The notes under the pieces were generated by a model that was given only the letters and a program-made list of their open reading frames with translations, made no database searches and was not told where the DNA came from. Shown in pieces: positions 44,287 to 54,380 of a DNA stretch of 54,585 nucleotides. The position numbers were made by a program, and so were the translations under genes. The first letter of the stretch is position 1, and every line of letters begins with the position of its first letter. Origin of the DNA: Thermaerobacter sp. (GTDB lineage: Bacteria > Bacillota > Sulfobacillia > Thermaerobacterales > Thermaerobacteraceae); assembly GCA_036562425.1 (NCBI GenBank), contig DATCKH010000156.1, positions 1 to 54,585 of the forward strand, read 5' to 3'.

Positions 44287-45555
44287 TCACACCGGCCCGG
44301 GGCCCGCGATGTCCCGGCGGAGCTGCCGGCCGGGGAAGCGGATCCGGTCCGCCGCCTCGTAGGCGCGGCGGCGGGCCTCTTCGAGACCTACCCCTAACGC
44401 GGTCACCGCCACGACCCGGCCACCGGCGGTGATCCAGCCCCCGGGCGTGCGCCGGGTGCCGGCATGATCGATGTAGACCCCGGGCAGTACCGCCGCCTCT
44501 TCCAGCCCGGCGATGGGCAGGTCGCGCCGGGGTGCCTCCGGGTATCCCGGCGCGGCCAGCACCACGCAGACCGCGGCCTCCTCCCTGCACCGGAGGGGAC
44601 CCGCCAGGCGGCCGGTGGCGGCCGCCAGGAACAACTCGGCCAGGTCGCCTGCCAGCCGGGGCAGGATCACCTGTGCCTCCGGATCCCCCAGGCGGCAGTT
44701 GAATTCCAGCACCCGCGGCCCCTCGGCCGTCAGCATCAGGCCCGCGTAGAGGACGCCCCGGTACGGGTGTCCTTCCTCGGCCAGGCCCCGCACGGCTCGC
44801 TCCAGGATCTCCCGCCGCACCCGTTCCAGAAGATCCGGCGTCACATCCGGCACCGGCGAGTAGGCGCCCATCCCGCCGGTGTTGGGCCCGCGGTCCCCAT
44901 CCAGGAGCCGCTTGTGGTCACGGGCGGGCGGCAGCAACTCCACCCGCTCGCCGTCGGTCACGGCCAGCACCGACAGCTCCCGGCCGGACAGCCGCTCCTC
45001 GACGACCACCCGCCGGCCGGCATCGCCTAACGCCCGCTGGCGCATGAGCCGCCGCACGGCTTCGACCGCTGCGGCCGCATCGTCGCAGACGAAGGCGCCC
45101 TTCCCGGCCGCTAGGCCGTCGGCCTTCACCACCCACGGGCCGAGGTGCCGGCGGAGGAAGTCCTCCGCCTCCGCCGGGTCGTCAAAGACCCAGCCGGGGG
45201 CCGCAGGGATCCCGTGACGCTGCATGAATGCCTTGGCGAAAGCCTTGCTGCCCTCGATGCGGGCCGCGCCGCGCCGGGGCCCGAAGGCCGGGATGCCCGC
45301 CGCTTCCAGCCGGTCGACCAGACCCGCCACCAGGGGCGCCTCCGGCCCCACCACCGCCAGGTCGGCGCGTTCCTCCGCCAGCGCCCGGCACACGCCATCC
45401 AGGTCCAGCGGATCCACAGCCAGGCAGCGCACGCCCTCGCCGGCGATGCCATCGTTCCCCGGCAGTGCCAGCACCTCCCGGACCGACGGGCTGGCCCGCA
45501 GTGCTCGCACCAGCGCGTGTTCCCGGCCGCCGCTGCCGATCACCGCCACCCGCAT
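44287..45555 (-). CDS. purD: phosphoribosylamine-glycine ligase
   Basis: MRVAVIGSGGREHAL.., 422 aa, with GGGAGGTGG upstream. Confidence 0.95.
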   Translation of the reverse strand: MRVAVIGSGGREHALVRALRASPSVREVLALPGNDGIAGEGVRCLAVDPLDLDGVCRALAEERADLAVVGPEAPLVAGLVDRLEAAGIPAFGPRRGAARIEGSKAFAKAFMQRHGIPAAPGWVFDDPAEAEDFLRRHLGPWVVKADGLAAGKGAFVCDDAAAAVEAVRRLMRQRALGDAGRRVVVEERLSGRELSVLAVTDGERVELLPPARDHKRLLDGDRGPNTGGMGAYSPVPDVTPDLLERVRREILERAVRGLAEEGHPYRGVLYAGLMLTAEGPRVLEFNCRLGDPEAQVILPRLAGDLAELFLAAATGRLAGPLRCREEAAVCVVLAAPGYPEAPRRDLPIAGLEEAAVLPGVYIDHAGTRRTPGGWITAGGRVVAVTALGVGLEEARRRAYEAADRIRFPGRQLRRDIAGPGPV

Positions 45556-45576
45556 GGCCGCCCACCTCCCGGGACC

Positions 45577-47295
45577 TCAGTGGCGGAAGTGACGCTCTCC
45601 GGTAAACACCATGGCGATACCGTGCCGGTCGGCTGCGGCGATCACTTCCGGATCCCGGACCGAGCCGCCCGGCTGGATGATGGCGGCCACCCCCGCCGCT
45701 GCGGCCCGTTCCACGGAGTCGGGGAAGGGGAAGAACCCGTCGGAAGCCAGGACCGCACCGGCGGCCGCGCCGCCCGCCAGGGCCAGCGCCTGCTCCACCG
45801 CCCGCACGCGGCTGGTCTGCCCGGCGCCGATACCCAAGGTGCGCAGGCCGCCGGGCACCCGCCCGGCCACCACGATGGCGTTGGACCGGCAATGCTTGAC
45901 CGCCCGCCAGGCAAACCGCAGCACCTCCATGTCCCGGGCCGCCGGTTGCCGCTTTGTCACTACACGCCATCCGGCGGACTCGTCGCCGCGGGCCGCCGGA
46001 TCCGCTGCCTGAACCAGGAGGCCGCCACCGATGCCGCGCACGTCCAGGGCGGGAACGGCGCTGGCCGGGTCCGCCACCAGGACCCGCAGGTTCTTCCGGG
46101 TCGAGAGGTGCTCCATCGCCCCGGCATCCACCGCAGGGGCGATGATCACTTCCAGGAAGATCTCCGCCAGCAACCGCGCCGTCGCTTCGTCCAGCGGCCG
46201 GTTCAGGGCGACGATACCGCCGAAGATGGACTCCGGGTCCGCCTCCCGGGCCAGGCGGAAGGCCTCGGCCAGGGTGGCGGCGCTGCCAATGCCGCAGGGG
46301 GTTCCGTGCTTCACCGCCACCGCCGCCGGTTCTTCTAAATCCCACACCGCCCGCCAGGCGGCGTCGGCGTCCATGAGGTTGTTGTAGGAGAGCTCCTTGC
46401 CCATGAGCTGGCGGGCACCGGCCACGCCGGCACCCGGCCGGCCGCCTGCGGATGCCCGCTCCGCGCCGCCCGGTGCGGCCACCGCATAGAGGGCCGCGGC
46501 CTGGTGGGGGTTCTCCCCGTAGCGCAGCCGCCGCAGCCGCCGCAGGGGCACGGCCAGCCGTTCGGGCCAGACGTCATTCTCAGCGGCGGACCCCTCCACG
46601 CCGGCCGGGGTGCCCGCCTCCCGGGCCAGGGTGACGGCAATGACCGCGTCGTAGTAGGCGGTGTGGGCAAAGGCCTTGACCGCCAGCTGGCGCCGCACCT
46701 CGGCCGGCACCCCGCCGGCCCCCCTCAGCGCGGCGATCACCCGCGGGTAGTCATCCGGGTCCACCACCACGGTCACGTGCGGCCAGTTCTTGGCCGCCGC
46801 CCGGATCAGAGTGGGCCCGCCGATGTCGATCTGCTCCAGCAGCGCCTCTCCCGTCGCCCCGGCGGCTGCCGCCTCCGCAAAGGGATAGAGGTTGACGGCC
46901 ACCAGGTCGATGGGGACGAACCCGTGTTCAGCCAGCGCCGCCAGGTCCGCCGGGCGCCGCCGGGCCAGGATGCCGGCATGGATGCCCGGGTGCAGGGTCT
47001 TGAGGCGGCCGTCCAGGAGTTCGGGAAACCCGGTCACCTCGCTGACGGGTGTCACGGGCACGCCCGCCTCCTGCAATACGGCCGCGGTGTTGCCGGTGGA
47101 GACGATTTCCCACCCCTGCTCGTGCAGGGCCCGGCCCAGTTCCGCGATCCCGCGCTTGTCGGACACGCTGAGCAAGGCCCGCGGGCGCGCACCGGACGCG
47201 CCGTGCCCTGGCAGGTGTCCTTGCTTCTCGGCGCCGGCGGCCCGCTGGCCGCCCGCCGTCCCGCTGCTCGCCGTTGCTGGGCTGACGGACATCAC
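45577..47295 (-). CDS. purH: bifunctional AICAR formyltransferase / IMP cyclohydrolase
   Basis: ..ALLSVSDKRG.., ..LKTLHPGIHAGIL.., ..FTGERHFRH at the C-terminus. There is an ~38-aa N-terminal extension if the start is GTG 47295 or ATG 47292, so the exact start is uncertain. Confidence 0.95.
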   Translation of the reverse strand: MMSVSPATASSGTAGGQRAAGAEKQGHLPGHGASGARPRALLSVSDKRGIAELGRALHEQGWEIVSTGNTAAVLQEAGVPVTPVSEVTGFPELLDGRLKTLHPGIHAGILARRRPADLAALAEHGFVPIDLVAVNLYPFAEAAAAGATGEALLEQIDIGGPTLIRAAAKNWPHVTVVVDPDDYPRVIAALRGAGGVPAEVRRQLAVKAFAHTAYYDAVIAVTLAREAGTPAGVEGSAAENDVWPERLAVPLRRLRRLRYGENPHQAAALYAVAAPGGAERASAGGRPGAGVAGARQLMGKELSYNNLMDADAAWRAVWDLEEPAAVAVKHGTPCGIGSAATLAEAFRLAREADPESIFGGIVALNRPLDEATARLLAEIFLEVIIAPAVDAGAMEHLSTRKNLRVLVADPASAVPALDVRGIGGGLLVQAADPAARGDESAGWRVVTKRQPAARDMEVLRFAWRAVKHCRSNAIVVAGRVPGGLRTLGIGAGQTSRVRAVEQALALAGGAAAGAVLASDGFFPFPDSVERAAAAGVAAIIQPGGSVRDPEVIAAADRHGIAMVFTGERHFRH

Positions 47296-47572
47296 GATTT
47301 CCGACCCCCTGCTGCATGTGGGGCGCCGCCCCCGCCTTCACATCCCGCCGCCCGGTCATACAACGCCGCTCCTGGCCGGGCGGCCCGGCAGCAGCCGCCC
47401 CCTCCCGCCTACCTGGCAGCAACTCGCGCCCCGCCCCGCCTCCCGCCACCTCTCGCCCGCGGCAGCCGGACCCCCGGGGCCCGTCGCCGGCCTGCCGCGG
47501 CGGCCCCACCGCCGGCCACCGGGCGGCACCGGCCGGCTCCCCGGCCGTCACGGCCGAGCGCTGCGGGACCGG

Positions 47573-48220
47573 TCACGCCGGGGGCGTCACGGCCAGCCGC
47601 TCCGGCACCGGCCCGCGCACCCAAACGCGCCGCCCTTCCACGGCCAGGCGCCCGCGGGCGAACAGCCACACGGCCACGGGGTAGATCCGGTGCTCCTCCC
47701 GCTGGATGCGGCGGGTGAGGGTCGCCTCGTCATCGCTTTCGTACACCGGCACCGCCGCCTGCAGGATGATGGGCCCCGTGTCCACCCCTTCGTCCACGAA
47801 GTGCACGGTACAGCCCGTGACTTTGACCCCGTGGGCCAGGGCCTGCCGGACCGCGTGCCGGCCGGGGAAGGCGGGAAGCAGGGACGGGTGGACGTTCATG
47901 ATGCGGTTCCGGTAGGCGGACACCACCTCCGGACCGAGGATGCGCATTAATCCCGCCAGCACCACCAGATCGGGCTGCCAGCGCGCCAGTTCCCGGAGGA
48001 TCGCCCGGTCCCACGCCCGCCGGTCACCACGATCAGGCGCCGCTTGAGGCCGCAGGAGCACCGCCGCCTTGCCCGCCGCCCGCGCCCGTTCCAGAGCCCG
48101 GGCCCCGGGCCGGTCGGAGAGGACGGCCACGATCTCGCCGCCCAGCACGCCCGCCCGCTCGGCGTCCAGCAGGGCCTGCAGGTTCGTCCCTTCACCCGAC
48201 GCCATCACCACGATCCGCAC
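47573..48220 (-). CDS. purN: phosphoribosylglycinamide formyltransferase
   Basis: GTG 48220 has GGGAGG 8 nt upstream. VRIVVMASGEGTNLQALLDA.., ..NVHPSLLPAFPG..; 215 aa. Confidence 0.92.
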   Translation of the reverse strand: MRIVVMASGEGTNLQALLDAERAGVLGGEIVAVLSDRPGARALERARAAGKAAVLLRPQAAPDRGDRRAWDRAILRELARWQPDLVVLAGLMRILGPEVVSAYRNRIMNVHPSLLPAFPGRHAVRQALAHGVKVTGCTVHFVDEGVDTGPIILQAAVPVYESDDEATLTRRIQREEHRIYPVAVWLFARGRLAVEGRRVWVRGPVPERLAVTPPA

Positions 48221-48416
48221 TGGACCCGCCTCCCTGCGTGGCCAGCGGCCGGGCCGGGGCCAGGCCGTGCTCGCCGCGCCGCGCCCTGGCCGCCAGGGCC
48301 TGGCTTCTCGCCCGCGCCGGCAGCTGCGGCCGGGCGGCCGCCCGCGGCCGTGGGCGGCCGCCGCCGGCGCCTCCCCGCCCCTGGGCCGGTTGTTCCAGCC
48401 CTGCTGCTGCCGCGGG

Positions 48417-49541
48417 TCACTGCCAGTCCACGCCCCGGGGTCCCTCGACGACCCGCCCGATGACGGGCACCGGCTCGCCCAGGGCCTCCCCGGCCACCCG
48501 GACGGCGGTCTCCGCCTGCCCGGCGGGCACGATGACGGCGAACCCGATGCCCAGGTTGAAGACCCGTTCCATCTCCTCATCGGGCACGCGGCCGAGCTCC
48601 TGCACAACGCGGAATACGGGCGGCACCCGCCAGCTTCCCCGTTCCAGCACGGCGCGGCACCCCTCCGGCAGCGCCCGGGGCAGGTTGCCCGGCAGGCCGC
48701 CTCCCGTGATGTGGGCCATGCCCCGGACCTCCACGGCCGCCAGCAGCCGGCGCACGGCGCCGGTGTACAGGCGCGTCGGCGCCAGTACGGCCTCGGCCAG
48801 CGTGGTCCCCAGACCGGCCGGCCGGTCGTGCCAGTCCAGGCCGGCAGCCTCCACGATGGCGCGGAGCAGGGAAAACCCGTTGCTGTGGGGCCCTGATGAC
48901 GGCAGGCCCAGGATCACGTCACCCGGTCGCACCGACCGGCCGTCCACCAGCCGCTCCTCGCCGGCGATGCCCACCGCGAATCCGGCCAGTTCCATGGCCC
49001 CGGGCGCCAGCAACCCGGGCACCTCCGCCGTCTCGCCGCCCAGCAGGGCGCAGCCCGCTTCCCGGCAGGCATCGGCCATGCCCCGCACCACCGTGGCCAC
49101 CTGCTCGGGCTCCAGCCGCCCCACGGCCACATAGTCCAGGAAGAACAGGGGCTCGGCACCGTGGGCCAGCAGGTCGTTGACGTTCATGGCCACCAGGTCC
49201 CGGCCCACCCCTTCCAGCCGCCCGCAGGCCCGGGCCACCTCCAGCTTGGTACCGACGCCGTCGCAGGTGGCCAGCAGCACCGGCCGTCCCGCGCCGGCGC
49301 CGAGCCGGTCCGGGTCGAGGCGGAAGAACCCGGCAAAGTCGCCGATGCCCCGCAGCACCTCCGGCCTGCGGGCGCGAGCCGCCTCGGCGGCGATGAGCTG
49401 CACCACCCGCTCGGCCGCTGCCAGGCTGACGCCCGCCCGTTCGTAGGTGAAACCGGAGCCGGGCGCGGCGCCGGTGCCGGCCGCGTCACCGGCGCGCTGG
49501 GCGGGCCGGCCGGATCCTCGCTCCGTCACGTCCCGAGCCAT
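48417..49541 (-). CDS. purM: phosphoribosylformylglycinamidine cyclo-ligase (AIR synthetase)
   Basis: ATG 49541 has GGGGAGGAA upstream. ..DGVGTKL.., ..NDLLAHGAEPLFFLDY.., ..SSGPHSNGFSL.. Confidence 0.95.
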   Translation of the reverse strand: MARDVTERGSGRPAQRAGDAAGTGAAPGSGFTYERAGVSLAAAERVVQLIAAEAARARRPEVLRGIGDFAGFFRLDPDRLGAGAGRPVLLATCDGVGTKLEVARACGRLEGVGRDLVAMNVNDLLAHGAEPLFFLDYVAVGRLEPEQVATVVRGMADACREAGCALLGGETAEVPGLLAPGAMELAGFAVGIAGEERLVDGRSVRPGDVILGLPSSGPHSNGFSLLRAIVEAAGLDWHDRPAGLGTTLAEAVLAPTRLYTGAVRRLLAAVEVRGMAHITGGGLPGNLPRALPEGCRAVLERGSWRVPPVFRVVQELGRVPDEEMERVFNLGIGFAVIVPAGQAETAVRVAGEALGEPVPVIGRVVEGPRGVDWQ

Positions 49542-51280
49542 GCTCGTTCCTCCCCAGCAGCGGCCGGGAAGCGAGCGCTCCGGTCCGTGCCCCCGCCGGC
49601 AGCCGGGCCTCGCGCCGGCATCTCGGCGCGAGCGCGAGCCACCGCATCGGGCCAGGGGCCGGGCGTCCCGGGCGGGACCGGATACTCGCCCGTGAAACAG
49701 CCAAGGCAAAAGGCCTGGGGCGCGCAGCCGGTGGCGGCCACCATCCCCTCCAGCGAGAGGAAGTGTAACGAATCGGCCCCGACCAGCCGCCGGATTTCGT
49801 CCACGCCGTGGCGGGCGGCGATGAGTTTCTCCCGGTCGGCGGTGTCCACGCCGTAGAAGCACGAATGGCGGTACGGCGGCGAGGTGATGCGCAGGTGCAC
49901 CTCGCGGGCCCCGGCCTCCCGCAGGGCACGGACCAGGCGCCGGGCGGTGGTACCGCGGACCAGGGAGTCGTCCACCAGCACCACGCGGCGCCCCGCCACG
50001 ACCTCGGGGATCGGGTTGAGCTTGATGCGCACGCCCTCGGCCCGTAGCCGCGGATCGGGCCGGATGAACGTGCGCCCGGCATAGCGGTTCTTGATCAGGC
50101 CCAGCTCATGGGGGATGCCGGACTCCTCGCTGTAGCCGGTGGCCGCGGGCAGGCTCGAGTCCGGCACGCCGATCACCACGTCCGCCGCCACCGGATGCTC
50201 GCGGGCCAGCCGCCGGCCCAGCTCCTTGCGAACCTCGTAAATACTGCGGTCACCGAAGCGGCTGTCGGGGCGCGCGAAGTAGACGAGCTCGAAGACGCAG
50301 AAGGCCGGGCCGGGGGTCGCACCGCGGGCCGCACCGGCCCAGGCCAGCCGCCCGCCTCGGAGACCACGGTCATCGATCCAGAGCCACTCGCCCGGTTCCA
50401 GTTCCCGGATGGTCTCGGCGCCGATGGTGTCGAAAGCGCAGGTCTCGGAGGCCACCACCCACGCCTCCTCCAGGCGTCCCAGCACCAGCGGGCGGATCCC
50501 GCGGGGATCGCGGGCCGCCAGCAGGCCGGCGGGGGTGAGCGCCACCACCGCGAAAGCCCCGCGCACGCGGCTCAGCGCGTCCACAAGCGCGCGGCAGACC
50601 CGCCCGCCGGCGCCCGCAACGCCCTCCGCACCGGCGCCCCTGGCACCGGCGTCCTCCCGGGAGCCCACCCCACCCGGGCAGCCGGCCCCCGGGTGGTTTC
50701 CTCCCGCCGCGTTCCGCATCAGGAACTCCGCCAGGCACCCCATGACTTCGCTGTCGGAGGAGGTGATGAAGCGGATCCCCTGGCCGCGCAGCCACTGCCG
50801 CATCTCCTCACTACCCACCAGCTGGCCGTTGTGGGCCAGGGCGAAGGGCACGCCGGCCCCCTGGAAGACCAGCGGCTGGGCGTTCTCCGGCCGGCTGCCG
50901 CCCGTGGTGGTGTAGCGCACATGCCCCACGGCGGCCTGAAAGGGACCGGCCGCCACCAGGCGGTCCAGCCGGGCGGGGGTGAAGACTTCGGAGACCAGGC
51001 CCATGGCCTTCTCCACCACCAGGGACCCGCCCGGGTGGCAGGCGGCGATGCCGGCGCTGTCCTGGCCGCGGTGCTGGAGGGCGTACAGGGCCTGGCAGGT
51101 CAGGGGCACGGCCCGCGGGTGGCGCCAGATGCCGAAGACACCACATTCCTCCCGCAGTTCCGGGAAGAAGGGCACCTCCGCAGGCACCGCCCCGCCGTCC
51201 GCCGGGCCGGGTGCGCCCGGGCCGGCGGCATCCCGGGCCACCCGCCGCGCCCATTTCGTTACCGGGTCGCCAGCGCGCAT
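49526..51280 (-). CDS. purF: amidophosphoribosyltransferase
   Basis: ATG 51280 has GGGAGGAGG upstream. A propeptide is followed by CGVFGI, plus the PRTase motif VVLVDDSLVRGTT. It carries a G/A-rich insertion and a C-terminal tail overlapping purM by 16 nt. Confidence 0.95.
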   Translation of the reverse strand: MRAGDPVTKWARRVARDAAGPGAPGPADGGAVPAEVPFFPELREECGVFGIWRHPRAVPLTCQALYALQHRGQDSAGIAACHPGGSLVVEKAMGLVSEVFTPARLDRLVAAGPFQAAVGHVRYTTTGGSRPENAQPLVFQGAGVPFALAHNGQLVGSEEMRQWLRGQGIRFITSSDSEVMGCLAEFLMRNAAGGNHPGAGCPGGVGSREDAGARGAGAEGVAGAGGRVCRALVDALSRVRGAFAVVALTPAGLLAARDPRGIRPLVLGRLEEAWVVASETCAFDTIGAETIRELEPGEWLWIDDRGLRGGRLAWAGAARGATPGPAFCVFELVYFARPDSRFGDRSIYEVRKELGRRLAREHPVAADVVIGVPDSSLPAATGYSEESGIPHELGLIKNRYAGRTFIRPDPRLRAEGVRIKLNPIPEVVAGRRVVLVDDSLVRGTTARRLVRALREAGAREVHLRITSPPYRHSCFYGVDTADREKLIAARHGVDEIRRLVGADSLHFLSLEGMVAATGCAPQAFCLGCFTGEYPVPPGTPGPWPDAVARARAEMPARGPAAGGGTDRSARFPAAAGEERAWLGT

Positions 51281-53577
51281 GGGATCGCCTCCTCCCACAC
51301 TCGCTGCAGGCCGGCTACCGGCTCGTCCAGCCACGTGCGGCCGCCGATGCGGAGCCGCAGGCGCGGCTCGCGTGTCACCCGGCCGATCACGGTACAGGGG
51401 ACGTTCAGCGCCGCCGCCCGCTCGGCCAGGAGGCGGGCCTGCTCCGGTGCCGCGGCGACCAGCACGCGGGACGGCGCCTCGCCGAACAGGAGTTCATCCA
51501 CCCGGCCATCCCGCAACCACTGGGCGGGCAGTTCCACCTCCGCCCCCAGCGCCGGGCCGCCCGGCGGGGCCCCGGGTGCGGGGGTGCCACCGCCGAAGCA
51601 CATCTCCGCCAGCCCCACCGCCAGCCCGCCCTCGGCCAGGTCGTGGGCCACCCGCACCCTCCCGCCGGCCACCGCCTCCCGCACCAGCGCCTGGACGTTC
51701 CGTTCCAGCGCCCAGTCGATGGGCGCCAGCGGGCCGGCCACCCGGCCGTGCAGGCGCTTGAGGTACTCGCTGCCGCCGAGATAGCCCCGGGGCGGTCCCA
51801 GAAGCACGATGACCTCCCCGGGCGCCTCGAAATGGCTCGCGGCCCGGCGCGCGGGATCGTCCAGCACCCCTACCACCCCAACGACGGGCGTGGGGTCGAT
51901 GTCCCGGCCGCCGGTCTCGTTGTAGAGGCTGACGTTGCCCCCCACCACGGGGATGCCCAGTTCCCGGCAGGCCTCGGCCAGGCCGTCGACGGCGGCGGAC
52001 AGCTGCCCGTAGACCTCGGGATGCTCGGGATTGCCGAAGTTCAGGCAGTTGGTCAGGCCCAGGGGCCGGGCGCCCACGCAGCTCACGTTGCGCGCCGCCT
52101 TGGCTACCGCCAGGGCCGCCCCCCGCCGGGGATCCAGCGCCGTGTAGCGCCCGTTGCCGTCCACCGCGGCGGCGATGGCCTTACGGCTGCCCGGCACGCG
52201 CAGCACGGCGGCGTCGCCGCTGCCCGGCCGCAGGACGGTGTTGGTCTGAACCATGTGGTCGAACTGGGTGTAGACCCAGGCCTTCGAGGCGATGGCCGGG
52301 GAGGCCAGCAGCCGCCGCAGGGCGGCGCCGGCCTCCTGCTGGTCGCGAGGCTGGGGGATGGCCGCCGGATCCAGCACCGGAGCCGGCGGGAAGGCGGCAG
52401 CCGGCGTGTACACCGGCGCGCCGCGGGTGAGGACCTCCACCGGCACCTCGGCCACCGTGCGCCCCGCCTCCCGCACGCGGAACAGGCCATCGCTGGTGAC
52501 GCGGCCAATCACCGCCGCCTCGAGGCTCCAGGCGCGGCAGATCTCCCGCACCTCCGCCTGCCGGTCCGGCGCCACGATGGCCAGCATCCGCTCCTGGGAC
52601 TCCGACAGCACCACCTCGTAAGGCGTCATCCCGGGCTCGCGCCGGGGCACGCGGGCCACGTCGATGTCCACGCCCGTTCCCGCCCGGCTGGCCGTCTCGG
52701 CGCAGGCGGACGCGATCCCGCCGGCGCCCAGGTCCTGGAGGCCCAGCACGGCCCCCCGGCCGGCCAGCTCCAGGCAGGCCTCGATCAGCAGCTTCCCGGT
52801 GAAGGGGTCGCCGATTTGTACCGCCGGCCGCCGCTCCTCGGCGTCCGCGCCCAGCCCCGCGGAGGCGAAGGTGGCGCCATGGATGCCGTCGCGGCCGGTG
52901 GGCGCGCCGATGAGCACGACCAGGCTCCCGGGCCGCGAGGCCACGGCCCGCACCAGCTGGCGGGCCGGCGCCACGCCGATGCACATGACGTTGACCAGCG
53001 GGTTCGTCCGGTAGCCCGGCTCGCAATGGAGCTCGCCGCCCACGGTGGGCACGCCCGCGCAGTTGCCGTAGTGGGCGATGCCCTTCACCACGCCCGTGAA
53101 CAGGCGGCGCCAGAGCTCGTCGCCCGGCTCGCCGAAGCGCAGGGAATTCAGCAACGCGATGGGGCGGGCGCCCAGCGCCAGCACGTCCCGGAGGATGCCG
53201 CCGACGCCCGTGGCAGCTCCCTGGAAGGGCTCGACGTAGGAAGGGTGGTTGTGGGATTCGATGCGGAAGACGACCGCGGTGCCATCGCCCAGGTCCACGG
53301 CTCCGGCGTTCTCGCCCGGGCCCAGCAGCACGTGCGGTGCCCGGCTGGGCAGCCGGCCCAGCAAGGGCCGCGAGTGCTTGTAGGCGCAGTGCTCGGACCA
53401 GAGCACACCCAGCATGCCCAGTTCGAGCCCGTTGGGCTCCCGGCCGAGGAGCTCGCAGGCCCGCCGGTACTCCGCCTCCGTCAGCCCAGCCGCCTGCCAG
53501 GGCGCCTGGCCGCCGCCGGCGGGAGCTTGTGGCTCCCCGCTCGCCCGCTGCCGCTCACAGACGGGGTCCATGGCCAT
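51259..53577 (-). CDS. purL: phosphoribosylformylglycinamidine synthase subunit PurL
   Basis: ATG 53577 follows GGGAGGGAGG. ..SEHCAYKHS.., ..ESHNHPS..; 772 aa. It overlaps purF by 22 nt. Confidence 0.95.
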   Translation of the reverse strand: MAMDPVCERQRASGEPQAPAGGGQAPWQAAGLTEAEYRRACELLGREPNGLELGMLGVLWSEHCAYKHSRPLLGRLPSRAPHVLLGPGENAGAVDLGDGTAVVFRIESHNHPSYVEPFQGAATGVGGILRDVLALGARPIALLNSLRFGEPGDELWRRLFTGVVKGIAHYGNCAGVPTVGGELHCEPGYRTNPLVNVMCIGVAPARQLVRAVASRPGSLVVLIGAPTGRDGIHGATFASAGLGADAEERRPAVQIGDPFTGKLLIEACLELAGRGAVLGLQDLGAGGIASACAETASRAGTGVDIDVARVPRREPGMTPYEVVLSESQERMLAIVAPDRQAEVREICRAWSLEAAVIGRVTSDGLFRVREAGRTVAEVPVEVLTRGAPVYTPAAAFPPAPVLDPAAIPQPRDQQEAGAALRRLLASPAIASKAWVYTQFDHMVQTNTVLRPGSGDAAVLRVPGSRKAIAAAVDGNGRYTALDPRRGAALAVAKAARNVSCVGARPLGLTNCLNFGNPEHPEVYGQLSAAVDGLAEACRELGIPVVGGNVSLYNETGGRDIDPTPVVGVVGVLDDPARRAASHFEAPGEVIVLLGPPRGYLGGSEYLKRLHGRVAGPLAPIDWALERNVQALVREAVAGGRVRVAHDLAEGGLAVGLAEMCFGGGTPAPGAPPGGPALGAEVELPAQWLRDGRVDELLFGEAPSRVLVAAAPEQARLLAERAAALNVPCTVIGRVTREPRLRLRIGGRTWLDEPVAGLQRVWEEAIPCALATR

Positions 53578-54307
53578 GCCTCCCTCCCGCCGCCGCGGTG
53601 GCCCGGCGGCCGCCGTACCAGGCGGCCGCGGCCGCGATCCACGAAGCCAGGAGCGGCCGCCCGTCGGTGCTTCCCAGCAGTTCGTCCACCGCCCGCTCTG
53701 GGTGGGGCATGATCCCCACCACGTTGCCCGTCTCGTTACAGACGCCGGCGATGTTGGCCACGGAGCCGTTGGGGTTGGCCGCGGGGGTCGCCTCCCCGCC
53801 GGCGTCCACGTAGCGCAGGACCACCTGCCCGCGGGCCTCCAGCCGCGCCAGTTCCTCCGGCGGCAGGTAGTAGGCCCCCTCGCCGTGGGCGATCTCCAGG
53901 CGCAGCAGCCGCCCCGGCGGGCAGTCACGGGTCACGGCGCAGCGGTTCTCCACCCGGACCCAGACGGGGTGGCAGAGAAAGCGGAGGCCGGCGTTGGGCC
54001 GCAAGGCGCCGGGCAGGAGTCCGGCCTCGCACAGGATTTGGAACCCGTTGCAGATCCCGAGGACCGGCCCGCCCTGGGCGGCGAAGGCCCGCACTGCCTC
54101 CATCACCGGCGCCCGCGCCGCCAGCGCGCCCGGCCGCAGGTAGTCGCCGTAGGCGAAGCCACCCGGCAGCACCACGCCGGCAAAGCCGGACAGGTCGCGG
54201 CAATCATGCCGGACGAACCGGACCTCCTGGCCCAGCACCTCATGCAGGACACGGGCCACGTCCCCGTCGCAGTTGGATCCCGGAAAGCGGACGACGGCAA
54301 AGCGCAT
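53555..54307 (-). CDS. purQ: phosphoribosylformylglycinamidine synthase glutaminase subunit PurQ
   Basis: MRFAVVRFPGSNCD.., ..GICNGFQIL.., ..MPHPER..; GGGGAGGAG upstream. It overlaps purL by 23 nt. Confidence 0.93.
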   Translation of the reverse strand: MRFAVVRFPGSNCDGDVARVLHEVLGQEVRFVRHDCRDLSGFAGVVLPGGFAYGDYLRPGALAARAPVMEAVRAFAAQGGPVLGICNGFQILCEAGLLPGALRPNAGLRFLCHPVWVRVENRCAVTRDCPPGRLLRLEIAHGEGAYYLPPEELARLEARGQVVLRYVDAGGEATPAANPNGSVANIAGVCNETGNVVGIMPHPERAVDELLGSTDGRPLLASWIAAAAAWYGGRRATAAAGGRHGHGPRL

Positions 54308-54380
54308 CCCCGGCTCCTCCCCGGTGCTTCCGTGCTGGTTCCCCCACCCGTCCTGGCGGGGCCTCACGGTACCGTCCCCG

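Noticed and set aside
47296-47572. G-quadruplex potential in the purN-purH spacer (GGGAGGCGGGGCGGGG)
   Set aside because: Only three closely spaced G3+ runs are present, and a fourth is more than 7 nt away. G-richness is expected from base composition.
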